A stretch of DNA of 64,000 nt from Paragordius varius (lineage: Eukaryota > Animalia > Nematomorpha). The stretch is taken from contig OZ176054.1 in NCBI GenBank assembly GCA_964247055.1, positions 3,224,001 to 3,288,000 of the forward strand. The letters run 5' to 3'. The notes under the pieces were generated by a model. The model ran no database searches, was not told where the DNA came from, and saw only the letters and a list, made by a program, of their open reading frames with translations. The position numbers and the translations under genes are program-made. This document shows positions 61,166 through 64,000 of the stretch, in pieces (within the stretch, counting starts at the first letter, position 1; each line of letters starts with the position of its first letter).

Positions 61166-62524
61166 ACTATGAATGAAGAACCATGTGTTAAGGTTTAATA
61201 ATTTTTTACTAAATTTATAATTTCATTATAAGCAATTGTAAGTATTATGATGCATATCTTAAAAGTGCTAATTGGCATTATTATTAGACATATTACCGAT
61301 ATAAATATATTAAAAAATGGAAATCATGTCTGGATGCAATACAAATAAGAAAAATTTTATCTCCGAATATTATTTACAAATAACAATAAGCCAATAAATA
61401 TGCACTTTTTTCATTTGTTCGTATTTTTTACAAATGTAAAATAATCATATCAAACTTTGTCACCATTTTTAATCGCTAATTAGCTTTAAGAATCTTTTAA
61501 ATTACATTTTAGCATTATTTTTTTTAGATTTTAAAACAGCGGTTTGTCAAAATAGGCATTTGGTGCTATCCCAATTTTAAATTCTAGAAGTTCGATGTAT
61601 AGATAGATATGTCTAATCATTTAATTTCAACCAAAAAAATACGTAAAAAACTATTTTTTTACAATTTTAATATGAAATACAAACTCATAAATAAATCACC
61701 TGCAAAATATACAGGTAAGGAAAATATATTTAAATATTTAATCAAACTTATATATTACAGTTCATTATATTTTCTTTTTTGTAGATGATTACATTTGAGG
61801 TAAATAAATTACTTATAAAAAAATGTCCCTAAAACCCTGATAATATATATATATATATATATCTATATATAATAGAGTATCAGGATTACAAATTTGCTTT
61901 TGGCCCTTAGGGTGCATTATGAAAGTTATTTAACTTTTATTATAACTGCTTCATAAAGGAAATGGCAAATTTTGCCCATATTTTGATAAAATTTATTTTG
62001 GAAATGAATGCATTTAAAATATCACCAAAATATATCATAACCACCTATAAATAGCAAAATAATATTTATAAAATTTAAATTTTACAACGGCACCGAAAGT
62101 ATCAAAATTTCGGACCTGTTCAAGCAAGCTCTCTCAAAAAATACAAGCGGGCCGAGATTGGGCATTAAAAAATTTTAATAAATGCTTAAGTATGAAAAAT
62201 CGAAAATCAGATATTGTACTTGAAATTCTATTTTATAACAAAGTCTTTGCGAAGCAAATTTTATGTTGAAGGAAACGGAAACCCTTTAAGATATAATAAC
62301 ACTTTTAATGCTAAATCATTTTATATCACCTTAGAATTGTAATTTAAAGGTTTCTTTGCTTAATTTTGGAGAGTTTCTGTACAAAACATTTTTCATTAAA
62401 CATAAATATAAAGACCAAGGGATTATTAATACTAATTTGGGTATTAAAAATTTTCAGCTTATAACTATATGGAGAGAGTCTTTCAATAAATAAAATTTTT
62501 GAACAATTATGAATTATTTTAAAA

Positions 62525-62980
62525 CAGGGCTACCGCGTAGGTTCTTAAGAATTTAAAAATAGAACCGGGCGGTTCCTGAAATTTTGGAACCGGAACTGGG
62601 GTGGTTCCTAAAATTTAGCGGTTCCGGAACCGGTTCTTTACATTCAGAACCGGTTCTATTTTCGGTTCCTGACTTTTGATTAAATAATTTTCTTAAATTA
62701 TTATTATAATAATATAACCAAAATAACAATTATGAATCAAACAATTTATTATAAATTTCCAAATGTATATTGAAAGAAATATAATGTAGCATAATAAATG
62801 AAGCAAATTAAAAAATATAATAGAATAATGTATAACAAAGGGATAAAGTGAGAGTTAAATTAAGTATGGCATCTAAAAAATTCTTTATTTAACTTAAAAA
62901 ATTATTGCACCAAGCAATTCGCTGGTCAAACTGCTTCTCGGGTGTGTAAAAAATTAAGGGTTAAACTGCTTTTAAAGAGA

Positions 62981-63013
<33 letters not shown>

Positions 63014-63316
63014 TAACATGAGTATTATAAAAAACTTGAGCTATGACTATTAGTAGCCGAATCGCCCAAAATTCAGAAATATCGCTAACATAATATTAGG
63101 CGCTTAGTTTTAGGTTTAAAGTTTGAAGTAAGTAATATGTAGTGGTACAATCAAATTTGAATAATAAAATAAAATTTCTATAATAAAAATCATATGGGAA
63201 CCACTAATTAAGGAGTTGGAACCGGAACCGGGGTGGTTTCATCTAATCCGGTTCTTTTAAAATCCCAGGAACCAGGTTCCGGTTCTAGGCGGTTTCGGTT
63301 CCGATTCCAATCCCCG
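62525..63316 (+). mobile_element. GGAACC-rich hAT MITE, copy 2
   Basis: Perfect TSD TTTTAAAA; ends CAGGGC.. / ..CCAATCCCCG; internal sequence collinear with 5444-6279. Confidence 0.85.
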
Positions 63317-63425
63317 TTTTAAAATATGTTTTTTGATTTTATCACTTAACATATATATCAAATTTGCATTGTCATTTTTGCGTTTCTTTTTAAAGAACTT
63401 GCCTATAAAAATTCGGGACATTGGC

Positions 63426-64000
63426 TAGGGTGACCAAACGCCAGCTTTTGGCGGGACAGTCCCGATTAAACATTTGTCCTACTTTTTTTAAAACTCCCGA
63501 CTTTGATAATCCAGATAAATTTTATATTAAACTCATTTGCGCTGTTTGTGTTTGTACTGCTAACTGGACAGTGCTTATCATAGAAAATTATAACAAGTAA
63601 TTTATTTATATAGATATTATTTAGATTTTTTACAAAATGAGTAAGAAAAGAGGATGCAAACTCACCGATGATTTTTGAAGCGAATTCCTTTTATTATTAA
63701 AAAAATCTAAAAAGAATTACATAATGTCGGCGCGAATTCAGTATTTTGCACGGCGGAAAGAATGATAACATAAAAGATGTTTAAATACTGTTGCATCGTA
63801 TTTTAAAATGATAGAGTTTTTTCAAAAAACAACTTAGGGAGATGAGGAAAAAATTATAAACAGCAGAATGCGCCGTTAATCACAACCATTCATTTCGATC
63901 TATGGATTGTACAACAAAAGTTATCAGAATTTAATAAAAAATTTACCTGTGCTAGAACAAAGGCCAAGGCAATAGTATGTAATGTGCCTTCCCCACCTGC
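63426..64000 (+). mobile_element. 5' end of a degenerate hAT transposon with transposase remnant (continues beyond the window)
   Basis: TAGGGTGACCAAACG..GGCGGGACAGTCCCG terminus; ATG at about 63638 (MSKKRGCK); frameshifted AEFSILHGG and NHSFRSMDCTTKVIR..KFTCARTKAKAIVCNV segments. Confidence 0.75.

Overview
This is very AT-rich animal (probably protostome invertebrate) nuclear DNA. I hand-assembled spliced models for: P4HA (+, 5'-incomplete), TRAPPC1/BET5 (-), COASY (+), a SIFamide-receptor-like GPCR (+), a mitochondrial EndoG/EXOG nuclease (-), JMJD6/PSR (-), SNU13/15.5K (+) and a 19-exon M3A oligopeptidase-A homologue (-) whose zinc-binding motif is destroyed. There is also a 66-codon Gon7-like ORF in frame 3 nt after the TRAPPC1 stop, and an orphan 2-exon ORF. 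The remaining sequence is dense with DNA-transposon debris: hAT MITEs with 8-bp TSDs, three mariner relics, Helitron-like elements, a self-nested piggyBac-like MITE, a 1.1-kb foldback, a tRNA-derived SINE and a hAT transposase relic. The main highlights are three. (1) Nine ultra-short GT-AG introns of 22-39 nt sit at gene 5' ends, all either non-3n or stop-containing, alongside kb-size TE-filled introns. (2) The TRAPPC1/Gon7-like arrangement suggests a dicistronic or readthrough transcript. (3) The M3A protein looks like a mitochondrially targeted pseudo-peptidase. All family assignments come from recalled motifs, not database searches.
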